Shown here: one piece after another, positions 24,781-37,713 of the stretch
Layout of the letters: each line of letters begins with the position of its first letter
How positions within the stretch are numbered: the stretch's first letter is position 1
NCBI GenBank assembly: GCA_038087875.1
Contig: CM075989.1
Coordinates: forward strand, 20,524,001 to 20,588,000
Length of the DNA: 64,000 bases
Origin: Malacoraja senta
Lineage: Eukaryota
Direction: 5' to 3'
Notes under the pieces: generated by a model
Told to the model about the DNA's origin: nothing
What the model saw: the letters and a program-made list of their open reading frames with translations, nothing else
Database searches by the model: none
Made by a program: the position numbers and the translations under genes

Positions 24781-26649
24781 ATTCTGTCATTACCAGATAA
24801 ATACGTAATCCCTCGGGTGCAGTTGCTCATTCCAATTCACTCTTAGCAAAACTGTCTCTTGTACTCTGACCTCATCCACTCGAGACAGATTGAGTTTCTT
24901 ATTTCATTCCAGCAGTAACGCGGATGACAACCCTGCCTTGGAACAAAAGCTGCAGATGCTGGAAACCCGAAACAAAAATAGAAAATGCCACAATCGCGCG
25001 GCTAGTCGGGCAGCATTTGTGGAGAGTAAAACAGTCTGAATGAAGGCTCTCTGATTCTGTTGTTTTTTTCTTCCCCAGATGCTGACTAACCTGCTGAGTA
25101 TTTTCTGTTTCTATTTACAACCCTTTTTTTTTAAAATTTGTTTTAGTTGAACCATGTACAAATAGCACTGTTTCCCATTTATCTCTTAGCGGCTGCATTC
25201 CCTATTCGATAATCTTGTAGATGATTATGTTTACAGGGGCTATTTGAAATTGCAATTAGTACTAGTGTCTTGTATGTGATTGTCAGCATAAGAATAGGAC
25301 TAGAAAGTGTGGAAAAAGCACACTTCCAGATTCAGGGACAGTTTCTTCCCAGCTGTTATCAGGCTACTGAACCATCCTACCAACAACTAGAGAACAGCCC
25401 TGAGCTACTATCTACCTGATTGGAGACCCTCAGACCATCTTTGATCGGACTTTATCTTGCACTAAACATTATTCCCTTTATCCTGTATTTATACACTGTG
25501 GACGTAAAGATTTTCTCCTTATCACATTTGTATTAAAATAAATTTGAAGGCATCTTGGTCAGCATGGACAAGTTGGGCCAAAGGGCTTCTCTCCTTGCTG
25601 TATATGACTAAAATCATCTACACTGTTTAAATAGATCTTAATTAATAGTATGGGAGAAATCTCCACAAAGAATGTATTGATGTGAATCTTTGTTACATTT
25701 GCAAATGCGATCAAGTCAACCACAGTAAATGTTTTATTTAATAATGACCTCCTTAGTGTTTAGATTTTAAATTCTCTTGGATTACTTTTCTTGCTGTGTG
25801 CGACTATAACATAATATTCTACAATACCAGTTTAAAAAAAAAATCCAGATTTTATGGGTTTCAATTTTGAATGTTAAATTATTGCTCATAATGTAGAAAT
25901 TTAGAGATTGTACATTGGAAGGAATGAGTCCAAGTACAGTCGTCATCTTAGTTCTCATGGATGGTAATGACTCCTCCTGTCAAGGAGAACAATCCAATTC
26001 AAGCTTCTGTCCAAGAGCTTGCTGATGAGGCTTGCTGATGCTCTTGATTAGCTCCGTGCTCAATAACCTCCAGTGATGTCACACATACTCCCATTGTATA
26101 AAACGCGTTATCAATCTTGCTCAGTTTATTGTCACATGTTGCGTGCTGTCCACTCAGCGGAAGGACAATACATGATGAGCCGCCCACAGTGTACAGATGC
26201 ACAATAAGGGAATAACGTTTAGTGCAAGGTAAAGCCAGCAAAGTCCTGAACTTTTACGGTTAAAAGATGTGACAGCATTATTGCAAACAATAATCTTTAA
26301 ATCTCACATAAACCATAGTTATCAATTAAATTGCTCTGCCCCCCCCCCTTCCCAAATCATTTATTTAGCATGCTGATTAAGATAACATAATTTCATATTG
26401 ATATATTTGACTGTGGGATTCTGCTGTTTTGTTCTGGGGCCTTTGGAAAAATATATTACCATTTGGGCGAATCATTTTTATGATGTAATAAATCATAAGT
26501 TCACACAAATATATTATGTAATGAATGTGCAGCCCTCTTTTGCCTGATTTTCATCAAACCCAGCTTAGGAGTTTACACTGACAATTGGTTCTTGGCTCAG
26601 TGCCTTAGAACCCATTGAAGCATAAATCCTAGTAATAAAATAATTCTGC

Positions 26650-27260
26650 TGTTGGGAAAGCTGGTTTGGTTTGCGATTCATTGAGAAGTGTAGTCTTATT
26701 TCTATGGAGTGCGAGTACGCTGGTTTCGAGATCTGGTTTTCATTCGTGGGGTTGACATTTTTAGACCACCCGACGGTTGTAACTAACATTTCTAAAGTGT
26801 GGCTTCGGGGAGACCTTAAAAACGGCAGAGAAAAATGTTGCCGTGTGAGTGAGGGGCTTGCCTGAAAAGCCCCACTGTGTGGACTTTGACAAGCTGTGAC
26901 TTTGCTGATGCAGGTGAAATAGAAGAGCACGGCAATGGTTTCTCAGCTGTTTGACCACTAGTAAGCCATCAATAGCGCTCCTTACAGCTGTCGCCATTTT
27001 TCAAATGGGGGTGAGGTGTCTGCTGGCCAGAGGCATTTGGTGTTTCACTCAGCCCCGTGATAGACTGCAAACAGTTGGTTTGAGCGAGTCCATCACACAA
27101 CAGTTGTTTTGCAACCCCTCGTGACTGGGAGGGTCGACGGATTCAAAGTGTTTCGGATTTACTCCTGACTACGTTCATTTAGGTAAAAATCGTGTTTCTT
27201 TCAAGGCTGTGTATGTTGACCGATATTCTTTTTAAATAGGGAAAATAATCTGGTGAGTGT
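26650..27260 (+). promoter_or_regulatory. Candidate promoter / non-coding exon in a repeat-free island
   Basis: Locally CpG-enriched unique sequence, YY1-like CGCCATTTT (~26992-27000), strong donor CTG|GTGAGT at 27253. Confidence 0.3.
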
Positions 27261-29651
27261 TTCGCGTTGGGACTTAAAAATATATATATAATGCTAATGT
27301 AGGTAAACACACTACTTACTGTACAGAATTCAATCTTAAACTGCTAGTTTGTTTAGTCATAGAAATGTGTCTTTCTTTGGGGTTTTATAACTGCTTATAT
27401 TTCCACATTTTCCTTAGCTGTACATGACTTTGTTTCAGTGGGAAGAGTGAGGTTTTGAACCCAAGGTTCTGGCTCTGTTGTTAGGTCTCTTAATTGTAGT
27501 AAGATTGCAAGGATTTTTTTGTTGTTGTGAATGACAACATCTTGAGAAGAGAAATGTAACTAATGCATAATCTGACTTTCTCCTTTTTTTATATCACAAC
27601 ATTTTTAATCGTAAGTTATCAATGGTATCACAATTTATAAAAAAAACAATGTGAATATAAATGCGACTGGGCATACGAAACAGAGTAAAAATGCTTTTAT
27701 TCTAGGTGTGTTTTGACAACATGAAGAAATAATGGCCTTATCTCTCTTTGGCAGTTTTTCATGGTGATATTAAACCTTTATTTACTTGTACATTAGCAGA
27801 AATTGGTGGAAATTATGCCTATTGAACTTGCAAGATATATCTCAACTGCACAAAGAAAGTAAAGCAGGGTGGGAACGATGTGTGAAAAGAAATTTTAATA
27901 AAATTGATCATTGATTCCCATTTGGGTTTCTTAAAGTATTCATCTCATTTTATTGTTGGGGTTAGATTATTAATTAGAGAAGAACTTCTCAACATTCACT
28001 CAGTTTTGTCTTATTATTTTCACTCCTTTCTCACGTTTCTTAGATTATTGGAACTTTAACAAAGGTGGCCAGTTGCTTGAAACAAATCTACCATTGACAG
28101 ATTATTTGCTGCTTTAAAAAAAAAGAATATAAATATTGAAAGCACTTATTTTTAACTGATTTTATATTTTTGCAGTTCCTTTTAAAGATGCCTTTAACCT
28201 TTTTGTTGCATTGTTTTGTTACATTGTTGTTCGTGACTCAAGGTACGATAAGAATTTGTAACTGTATATCATCTCTTAGCATGGTAGATCGTCACAAAAG
28301 TGTGAGCAAATAAGATCTGACACTGGATCACAGAGATGTTTGAAGAGATTACCAAAATCTTGGTTGTTGCTCAAGTTTCAGTCTATTTTGATAAAAAATG
28401 TTCCAACTTGAATCTTTTGAGAAGAAATCTGAATTTAAATAATAATGCATTCTGACTATTAGAAGGGGAACCTGGATAGATTGTACTCTGTTGACATTTA
28501 AAATCTAATGTTATTATTGTTATGAATGTGGTAATAATAAAGTTCTGATTGACTTTATCCCTTCATAAAGTGTATTAAGGAGAGACTTTGTTTTTTGCTA
28601 TATTAGTATTAACTTATTTCAGAAAGCTGTGTTTAATTAGAGAACATATCATTGTTTTCTGGTTTTAATTGTAGATTCATTTGTGGCATAGAAATATAAA
28701 TTTGCATAGAAATATCAATTTCTTGGATGTTTAGAATACTAGCTCATTACAGGGTTTTTTTAAAATGTCAATTTAAGCTTTTTTTTAACGTTTATGGAAG
28801 CTTACATTGGAGTGAATTCTGAGCTGTCAGAAAAGCTTGATGTCCAAATGTTCCAATTGAAATGTATGCCTGGCCAAGCATTAAATGTGAACTGCACAAT
28901 CCAGATAAAACCAGGGCTCGCACAGTGGCGCAGCGGTAGAATTGCTGCCTCACAGCGCCAGAGATCTGGGTTCGATCTTGATATGAACTTGGTGCTGTGG
29001 TCAGTTGGAGAAGGGTGAAGACTAGGCAACTTTGAGATTTACGCCGGGTGGAATTTGGGAGTGGGGGAGAGGCCTCGAGTGACTGTCTTGAGTTGGGTGA
29101 AGATTTACCAAAACTGAAAGCTAATAAAACTAACCATTGGATAGAAAGAAGGATGAAGGATTTGGAGGAGGGGGAAAACAGACGGGTGTAATTGGCTGAG
29201 TATTGGGCCCAGGATTCTGGACTGGGAAGATGTCGGTGGCAAAGGGCCAATTTTTGTTTGTTTGGAGACTTAATGCTGGTTTTTGTTTGGTTGTGACCCT
29301 GACTTCAGAACAGGCAAATGGTATAGGGAGAGTACAGAATAAATTAAGTAAGGGACGTGGCCAATCCGTCAGGTAATGGGAGGACCTAATATAGTTTAGT
29401 TTAGGATTAGTTCCAGGATTAGTTTAGTTTATTGTCACATGTGCTGAGGTACAGTGAAATGCTTTTGTTGTGTCCTAGTCAAGTGTTTTATTCTCATGTC
29501 CCAGATAGAACAATGAATTTCTTCCTTGCAGCAGCACAACCTAATATGTAAACATAGTACTCTGTAAATAATATAATAAACGAGAGAGAAAAGAAAAAAA
29601 TAATCAGTGTGTGTGTGTGCATATATATATATACTCACAAATGCACATATA

Positions 29652-31268
29652 CAGTGGCTTTCAAAAGTTTTCATACCCCTTGAACTTTTCCACATTTTGT
29701 CACGTTACAACCACAAACGTAAATGTATTTTATTGGGATTTTATGTGATAGACCAACACAAAGTGGTGCATAATTGTGAAGTGGAAGGAAAATGATACAT
29801 GGTTTTCAAATTTTTTTACAAATAAAAAACTGAAAAGTGTCGCGTGCAAAAGTATTCAGCCCCCCTGAGTCAATACTTTGTAGAACCACCTTTCGCTGCA
29901 ATTACAGCTGCAAGTCTTTTGGGGTATGTCTCTACCAGCTTTGCACATCTAGAGACTGAAATTTTTGCCCATTCTTCTTTGCAAAATAGCTCAAGCTCAG
30001 TCAGATTGGATGGAGAGCATCTGTGAACAGCAATTTTCAAGTCTTGCCAGAGAATCTCAATTGGATTTAGGTCTGGACTTTGACTGGGCCATTCTAACTC
30101 ATGAATATGCTTTGATCTAAACCATTCCATTGTAGCTCTGGCTGTATGTTTAGGGTCGTTGTCCTGCTGGAAGGTGAACCTCCGCCCCAGTCGCAAGTCT
30201 TTTGCAGACTCTAACAGGTTTTCTTCCAAGATTGCCCTGTATTTGGCTCCATCCATCTTCCCATCAACTCTGACCAGCTTCCCTGTCCCTGCTGAAGAAA
30301 AGCATCCCCACAACATGATGCTGTCACCACCATGTTTCACAGTGGGGATGGTGTGTTCAGGGTGATGTGCAGTGTTAGGTTTCCGCCACACATAGCGTTT
30401 TGCATTTAGGCCAAAAACTTCAATTTTGGTCTCATCTGACCAGAGCACCTTCCTCCACATGTTTGCTGTGTCCCCCACATGGCTTGTGGCAAACTGCAAA
30501 CGGGACTTCTTATGGCTTTTTTCAACAATGGCTTTCTTCTTGCCACTCTTCCATAAAGGCCCGATTTGTGGAGTGCACGACTAATAGTTGTCCTGTGGAC
30601 AGATTCTCCCACCTGAGCTGTGGATCTCTGCAGCTCCTCCAGAGTTACCATGGGCCTCTTGGCTGCTTCTCTGATCAATGCTCTCCTTGCCTGGCCTGTC
30701 AGTTTAGGTGGATGGCCATGTCTTGGTAGGTTTGCAGTTGTGCCATACTCTTTCCATTTTCAGATGATGGATTGAACAGTGCTCTGTGAGATGTTCAAAG
30801 CTTGGGATATTTTTTTTATAACCTAACCCTGCTTTAAACTTCTCCACAACTTTATCCCTGACCTGTCTGGTGTGTTCCTTGGGTTTCATGATGCTGTTTG
30901 TTCACTAATGTTCTCTAACAAACCTCTGAGGCCTTCACAGAACAGCTGTATTTATACTGAGATTAGATTACACACAAATGGACTCTATTTACTAATTAGG
31001 TGACTTCTGAAGGCAATTGGTTGCACTGGATTTTATTTAGGGGTATCAGAGTAAAGGGGGCTGAATACTTTTGCACGCGACACTTTTCAGTTTTTTATTT
31101 GTAAAAAAATTTGAAAACCATGTATCATTTTCCTTCCACTTCACAATTATGCGCCACTTTGTGTTGGTCTATCACATAAAATCCCAATAAAATACATTTA
31201 CGTTTGTGGTTGTAACGTTACAAAATGTGGAAAAGTTCAAGGGGTATGAATACTTTTGCAAGCCACTG
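29652..31268 (-). mobile_element. Full-length Tc1 (DD34E) transposon, Passport/Eagle-like
   Basis: TA TSD at 29650-29651 and 31269-31270; ~213-bp TIRs (29652-29864, 31056-31268) starting CAGTGGCTT; transposase inside. Confidence 0.95.
29870..30889 (-). pseudogene. Tc1 transposase, two frameshifts
   Basis: Three overlapping ORFs (30704-30889, 30406-30678, 29870-30499); WSDE, QQDND-34aa-NPIE catalytic triad; frameshifts in T-runs near 30810 and 30520. Confidence 0.92.
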
Positions 31269-31699
31269 TATATAGATTATATATGTGTGTGTGTGTGTGT
31301 GTGTATATATATGTACACACACAAAACAAGCAATAATAGTGCAATAATAACAATAATAGTCTGTGTAGTTCAGAGCTTATTTGAGGTTGCAGTGTTTAAT
31401 AGATGAATGGCTGTAGGGAAGAAGCTGGTCCTGAAACTGAATGTTACAATTGTCAGGCTCCTGTCCCTTCTTCTTGATGGCAGGGGTGAAATGAGTGTGT
31501 GGCCAGGGTGGTGTGGGTCTCTGATGATGTTGGCTGCCTTTTTGAGGCAGCGATTCCTGTAAATCCCTTCGATGGTGGGGAGGTCAGAGCCGGTGATGGA
31601 CTGGGCAGTGTTCACAACCTTTTGCAGTCTTCTTCGCTCCTGGGCATTCAAGTTGACGAACCAGGCCATGATGCAACCAGTCAATATGTTCTCTACTGT

Positions 31700-32106
31700 T
31701 CTTCTTAGGCCCCCTTCGGTCATGGCTGACCATGGGTGTCTCCAGGGTTGAAGGACTCCTGTGCGTGACTTTGTTTAACGTGGTGAGACAGGTTCACAGA
31801 CAGCCACCACACAGTCCTTGGCAGATCTGGGTCAGGATCCAGTGGCATGGAGTCCAAGACGACCGGAGACCCTTTTCTGCTGCAGCCTTCATCCGCCTTC
31901 CCAGCCGTTGTGACGCTCCACTAAGGTCAGCCATCGTCCTCTGCCTGTTCCACCGTTGAGGTCTTGGTTGGATTGCTCTTTGTCAGAGTTCTCACCCTCG
32001 ACCTTACCACCATGGGTGGCCCTACCAGGAGCATAGCTCCAGAGGGCATCGATCTCAGGGCCATGCAAGCTTCTCCACCACGTTGAGGTGACAATCCATG
32101 GAGAAG
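31700..32106 (-). mobile_element. Non-autonomous RTE-derived bipartite element with (AAG)n tail
   Basis: TSD TACTGT (31694-31699, 32107-32112) interrupts Rex1 ORF; 5' end CTTCTCCATGGATTGTCACCTCAACGTGGTGGAGAAGCTTGC resembles BovB/Expander 5' UTR. Confidence 0.7.
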
Positions 32107-32640
32107 TACTGTACTGTACACCTGTAGAAATCGTGCTAACCAGTCATGCAATGATACAACTAATGCAGTGCTCCTTCTACAATGCTCCTCAAGGATTATT
32201 GCACAGAAAATTACTCCATCTGTTAGATTTCTGACTCTGGTCTGGATGCCTGCTTGCCTTTCTGGTAATGCACAAGGAATTGGCTGCTATTGCATTTCAT
32301 TTAGGCGGAGGGGTGGTGGGGGGAATTGATTTAATTTGCACGGCACTGAATAACATTCGCTGTGCAATTTAATTTCTAGGCACTGCTGCTTTGGAGAAGT
32401 TCATTAATGACTTCTAGTCGGCAGCCACTGCATACTATTTTTAAACATAAGAATGTAATTGGAATTAATCCTCTCTGGATTTCTTGCGAAACTGATGAAT
32501 AAATTTTACCCTGCTTGTTCTCCGTGCTCTTTTAGACGACTAACCCTGTAAAGGACAATCTTCTGTTGGACTTTGTCCCTTGATAGTTGGCTAGTTTCTA
32601 TAACTCTAACTCTATGGTGATAAACTGCACCTTGCCAAAG

Positions 32641-32954
32641 TTTAGTTTTAGTTTTGGAGAGACAGCGCAGAAACAGGCCCTTCGCCCCACCGAGTCTGCG
32701 TCAACCAGTGATCCCCGCCCACTAACACTGTCCTACACACACTAGGGACAATTGACTATTTTACCGAAGCCAATTAGCCTACAAACCTGTACGCCTTTGG
32801 AGTGTGGGAGAAAACCGGAGATCCCAGAGAAAACCCACGCAAGTCACGGGGAGAACGTACAAACTCCGTACAGACAGGCACCTATAGTCGGGATCAAACC
32901 AGGATCTCTGGCGCTGTAAGGCAGCAACTCTACCGCTGCACCACTGTGCCGCCC
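32641..32954 (-). mobile_element. V-SINE, full length
   Basis: Tail to reverse head GTGCCGCCC. Confidence 0.85.
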
Positions 32955-33100
32955 TTTCATATTAAAAACATGGAATAACACAGGAACATGGTCCTCACAA
33001 AGGTGAAAGTAGACTGCGACAGTGTACTGGCCAAAGCGACGCTTAAGATTAAAGCCATAGAGATTTTACATGACTGTCCTGATATTAAAGCAATATTATA

Positions 33101-33471
33101 AGTAAGTAAGTAAGTTTATTGGCCAAGTATTCACATACAAGGAATTTGCCTTGGTGCTCCGCCCACAAGTAACAACATGACATACAGTGACAGTTACGAA
33201 TGACTCAGAAAACACTAAACATTAATAATAATAAAACATTAATGATAAAACACCATTGATCAAGCATGTGAACCAACAAAATACCAGATCAAAGGGAAGC
33301 TACAGATGATTGGCTGTTGAGTAGAGCAACTACTCGTGGATAAAAACTGTTTTTATGTCTGGCTGTGGCAGCTTTGACAGTCCGGAGTCACCTTCCAGAG
33401 GGAAGTGATTCAAAGAGTTTGTGGCCAGGGTGAGAGGGGTCAGAGATGATCTTGCCCGCTCGCTTCCTGGC
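33101..33471 (-). mobile_element. Rex1/Babar LINE 3' fragment with (TAAG)n tail
   Basis: Minus frame RKRAGKIISDPSHPGHKLFESLPSGR*LRTVKAATARHKNSFYP. Confidence 0.8.
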
Positions 33472-33479
33472 TTCACTCC

Positions 33480-33720
33480 AGCTCCACAGGCTGATCCTAG
33501 GGATGCACACTGAGACGATGCCAGCTGCTGTGGGAAGGTTACCCGTTCAGTGAGAGATGCCCTCGGACTGCCCAAATCCTGCTGGTCTTCCGCAGGTCTG
33601 TCCAGGGCTGAATGTTGCAGGCTGGCACATTCCAAGCCTTGGGTATGCGTGCTGAGTCTCTCAGAGGTCGGGTGGAACCAACACACGGGCCTAGGAAAGA
33701 AGTCTGCAGTTAAAATGCTT
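33480..33720 (+). mobile_element. Degraded Tx1-clade LINE ORF2 C-terminus
   Basis: Frameshifted GMHTET..CC..SVRDAL..LLVF..ECCRLAHSK motif, recalled from Tx1 ORF2 ends. Confidence 0.55.
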
Positions 33721-34398
33721 CTGCCGTTGCTCACTGGCAACTGGAACCCGTGTAAAAAATTCCTTGCGTGTTAGGTCATGGAAATTACGTAAAAGGAAAA
33801 TTTGATGACCCGTCATAATAATTTGAGTCCTGTGTGTCAGTGGAATGCTCTGTCTTGTCACATTCAATTGTGACATTTGAATACACAGCTAAAAAATTAG
33901 CACGTTTAATGAATAAAGTGGGGAGAAAATTGCAATCATCGCAAAATCTCTCCTCATATACGTGGGAGGCACGCTGGACATAGCCATTTTGACAATGAGT
34001 GATGAATGTCCAGTAACAGTTGAATCTTGTTGATGCTGGTTTACCATGGATAGACACAAAGTGCCAAAGTTACTCAGCGGGTCATGTGGCATCCCTGGAG
34101 GACATGGATCGGTGATGTTTCGGGTCAGGACTTTTCTCTGACCTATCTTACTATGTACTTTGCAGAAAGCTCCCCCCGGTAACCCCCCCTCCCCCATCGC
34201 CTGTGTTTACCTATGAAGGCAGGAACGGGGTACTGATTGTAGATGATCAGCCATGATCACAGTGAATGCCAGTGCTGGCTTGAAGGGCCAAATGGCCTAC
34301 TCCTGCACCTATTGTCTATTGTCTATTGACCTGCCATGCTTTGTCCTCCTGCCCTCCACTCTTTCCTCCCATCCCTGCAATCAGTCTGAAGACGGGAG

Positions 34399-35792
34399 AT
34401 AGACACAAAATGCTGGAGTAACTCAGCGGGACAGGCAGCATCTCTGGAGAGAAGGAATGGGTGACGTTTTGGGTCGAGACCCTGCTTCAGACTGGTTAGG
34501 GATAAGGAAAATGAGAGATATAGATGGGTGACGTGGAGAGATAAAGAACAATGAAAGAAAGATATACAAAAAAGTATCAATGATAGAGGAAACAGGCCAT
34601 TGTAAGCTGTTTGTAGGGTGAAAATGAGAAGCTAGTGCGACTTGGGTGGGGGAGGGATAGAGAGAGGGGGAATACCGGGGCTACCTGAAGTGAGAGAAAT
34701 CAAGATTCATACCACTGGGCTGTAAGCTGTCCAAGCTAAATATGAGATGCTGTACCTCCAATTTGCGTTTAGCCTCACTCTGACAATGGAGGAGACTGAG
34801 GACAGAAAGGTCTGTGTAGGAATGGGAAGGAGAATTAACGTGTCCAGCATCTGTGAAATCAGGTTGATTCAGGCAGGCTGAACGAAGGTGTTCTGCGAAA
34901 CGATCGCCCAGTCTGCGTTTGGTCTCACCGATGTATAAGAGTCCACATCTTGAACAACGATACAGTAGATGAGGTTGGAGGAGGTGCAAGTGAACCTCTG
35001 CCTAACCTGAATGGACTGTCGGGGTCCCTGGACAGAGTCGAGGGAGGAGGTATGGTGGCACGTGTTACATCTTCTGGGGTTGCAGGGGAAGGTACCTGAG
35101 GAGGGGGTGGTTTGGGTGGGAAGGGATGAGTTAACCAGGGAGTTGCAGAGGGAACGGTCTCTGCGGAAGGCGGAAAGGGGTGTAGATGGGAAAATGTGGT
35201 TAGTGGTGTGATCCCATTGGAGGTGGTGGAAATTTTGGAGGATTATGTGTTGTATGCAGCGGCTGATGGGGTGGATGGTAAGGACTAGGGGGACTGTCTC
35301 TGTTGCGACTAGGGGGAGGGGGAGCAAGGGCGGTGCTGCATGGTACCGAGGAGACACGAGTGAGAGCCTCGTCTATGATGGGAGAGGGGAAACCCCGTTC
35401 CCTAAAGAATGAGGATGTCTCGGATGTTCCAGTATGGAACACCTCATCTTGGGCGCAGATGCGGCGTAAACAGAGGAATTGGGAGTAGGGGATAGAGTCT
35501 TTGCAGGAAGCAGGTTGGGAGGAAGTGTAGTCGAGATAGTTGTGGGAGTCAGTGGGTTCATAATAGACGTCAGTCAATAGTCTATTTCTTGTGATGGAGA
35601 CGGAAATCAAGAAAGGGGAGGGAGGTGTCAGAGATGGTCCAAGTAAATTTGAGTGCAGGATAAAATTTGGTGGTGAAGTTGATGAAGTCCATGAGTTCTG
35701 CACGGGTGAACCATGTCTGAAGACGAGTTCTGACCCGAAACGTCACCTTCCAAGTTCTCCAGGGACCAGCTGAGTTACTCCAGCACTTTGTG
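34399..35792 (-). mobile_element. Penelope-like element: RT C-terminus + GIY-YIG (frameshifted), 3' pLTR, inverted partial pLTR (~35715-35792)
   Basis: ORFs 35200-35703 (TDVYYEPTDSHNYLDY, IPYSQFL.LRRIC), 34869-35357, 34681-34989 (CSRCGLLYIGET). Confidence 0.88.
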
Positions 35793-37659
35793 CCCCAAAC
35801 TCAAGTAGCTCTAGGTTGTGGATGAGTGGGGAGAAGGAGAGCTGTTGATCAAGAATCAGTTTCTGCGACAGGAAAGAGATTTGGGGATTTAGTTTAGTTT
35901 AATCACGGGCGGCACGATGGCGCAATTGTAGAGTTGCTGCCTTACAGCGCCAGAGATCTGGGTTTGTTCGTGACAATGGGTGTTGTCTGTGCAGAGTTTG
36001 TACGTTCTCCCCGTGACCTTGTTTTTTTTCTTTGCGTGCTCCGGTTTCCTCCCACACTTTAGTAGTTAAATCTTAGTTGATTCCGTTGGGTGCCGGTGAA
36101 GTCGTGATTGATTGGTGTTTATGCTGAGCTTTTGGAAGAGTGGACCACATTGGGTCCGCTCTACACCAGGAAGAACGCAGCAACTCAAAGTGGCTTTTAT
36201 CACCACCTTCTCAACAGCAACTAGGAATTAGCAATAAAAGCTGGCCTTGTCACAGCAGCCGAGTGATTGGGAGGTGGAATATTTTCCAATGCCTGAGAGT
36301 TTATTATTGAGGAGTCTGTTGAGTGAGTTTGTTCTGGAATTTGTGCGGTAGAGCTAAAAAGGAGCAATGTTACAGGGATAGACACAAAAAGGACTGGAGT
36401 AACTCGGCGGGACAGGCAGCATCTCTGGAGAGAAGGAATGGGTGACATTTTGGGTCGAGACCCTTCTTCTGACTCGTGTTACAGGGAATCAAGGGAGTAT
36501 AATGTGCTTGACAATAAATATATTGTAGCATGCAGTGACCGTTTATTAGGTAATTTATCTTGCCCTGTATTCTGAAACAGGGTTGATGGATGTAGCATGA
36601 ATGTATAGTCGCTTTGAATGGAGCTGCAGATTTGGTAGTTGGGATATCTTTACATTTAATTTTCTGGCTGTGTGAGTTAAATAAACTCAATTTAAAACTG
36701 CATAGAACAAAATCTTAACATTTGTGGTACTTAAAAAAAAAAAAAGTCAGATGATTGCATTCTTATGCATACTACTTGATTTGAAGTCAATAACACCGAT
36801 TAAGGTGGGACTAATGTAGCTGGGACATGTTGGCTGGTGTGAGCAAGTTGCGCCGAAGGGCCTGTTTCCACACTGTATGACTCTATGACTAACAATGATT
36901 AAACAAATCTTTCAAGATGGTTTTAGGAATGAATGCTGCACTAATTTGAATAGTTGTAATTGTCTTCAGTGCTATCCTTTGATATCGGTTCGTGACCTTT
37001 TTGCTGGCTTTTTAAATATTCTTTGCAACCTTCTGCTTTAGTTTGCTCTTCAGCAATGTATTTGAATATAAATATTAACAATCTAATAGTATTCATTTTC
37101 TCCCCCCCTCCTCCCCTCCCACCCCGCCCCTGTTTATTAAAATGCTGTGTGTTTTGGTGCGCAGAGTTTAGTTCAAGTGGGATTTACACTTTTTCTCTCA
37201 ATACAAATGATCTTCCTGGTTCTTTGGGGAGTGGTGTAGAAAGACTGGGTGTGGTAACCAATAGTATTTGTTGTTGGTATTGTCTTACCCCTCCTGGCAA
37301 AATTCTAAGTACTGTCTCATCACCTCACTTACTGATTTCTTTATCTTTTGATTTAATACACTCCACCGGTTACGCCTTGCATTCTTTGATTTGTTTGAAT
37401 CCTGATTTACAGCTTGCCTCTGTTCAGAATCTGACATGGAATCGTACTTCCACCTTACAGAACTGTGATCCAAAACCACCGTGATACTTTCCTCCCTGCC
37501 TTCAGATCTGTTCCATTCCCACAATTTTTCTCCCACCGCCTTAAAAAAGTTGTAGTCGCCAGGAACTGCAGAAGGTGGTTTACAAAAAAAGACAGAGTGC
37601 TGGAGTAACTCAGCAGATCAGGCACCATCATTAAGTCAGGACACGTCAGATGCCTGAAG

Positions 37660-37713
37660 GGGGTAGGAGATTGCAACCTTCACGTGGTCCACCCTGTTTC
37701 AACAAATGCAATC
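37660..37713 (+). ncRNA. Predicted minimal HDV/CPEB3-like self-cleaving ribozyme (no P4)
   Basis: P1 GGGGTAG/CCACCCT, P2 GATTGCA/TGCAATC, P3 ACC/GGT, L3 TTCACGT, J1/4 GT, putative catalytic C37703 followed by AAA. Confidence 0.8.

Larger units (their letters stand above)
29477..32130 (-). mobile_element. Rex1/Babar LINE 3' part, host to Tc1 and RTE-derived insertions
   Basis: ORF 31370-31723 TVENILTGCIMAWF..ERRRLQKVV..HPGHTLISPLPS..SFFPTAI; frame continues as FYRCT at ~32113-32130. Confidence 0.8.

Noticed and set aside
28990..29390. Purine-rich stretch, possibly an ancient LINE remnant (similar cases at ~6750-7150, ~20950-21200, ~56750-57290)
   Set aside because: Too degraded to assign a family by eye.
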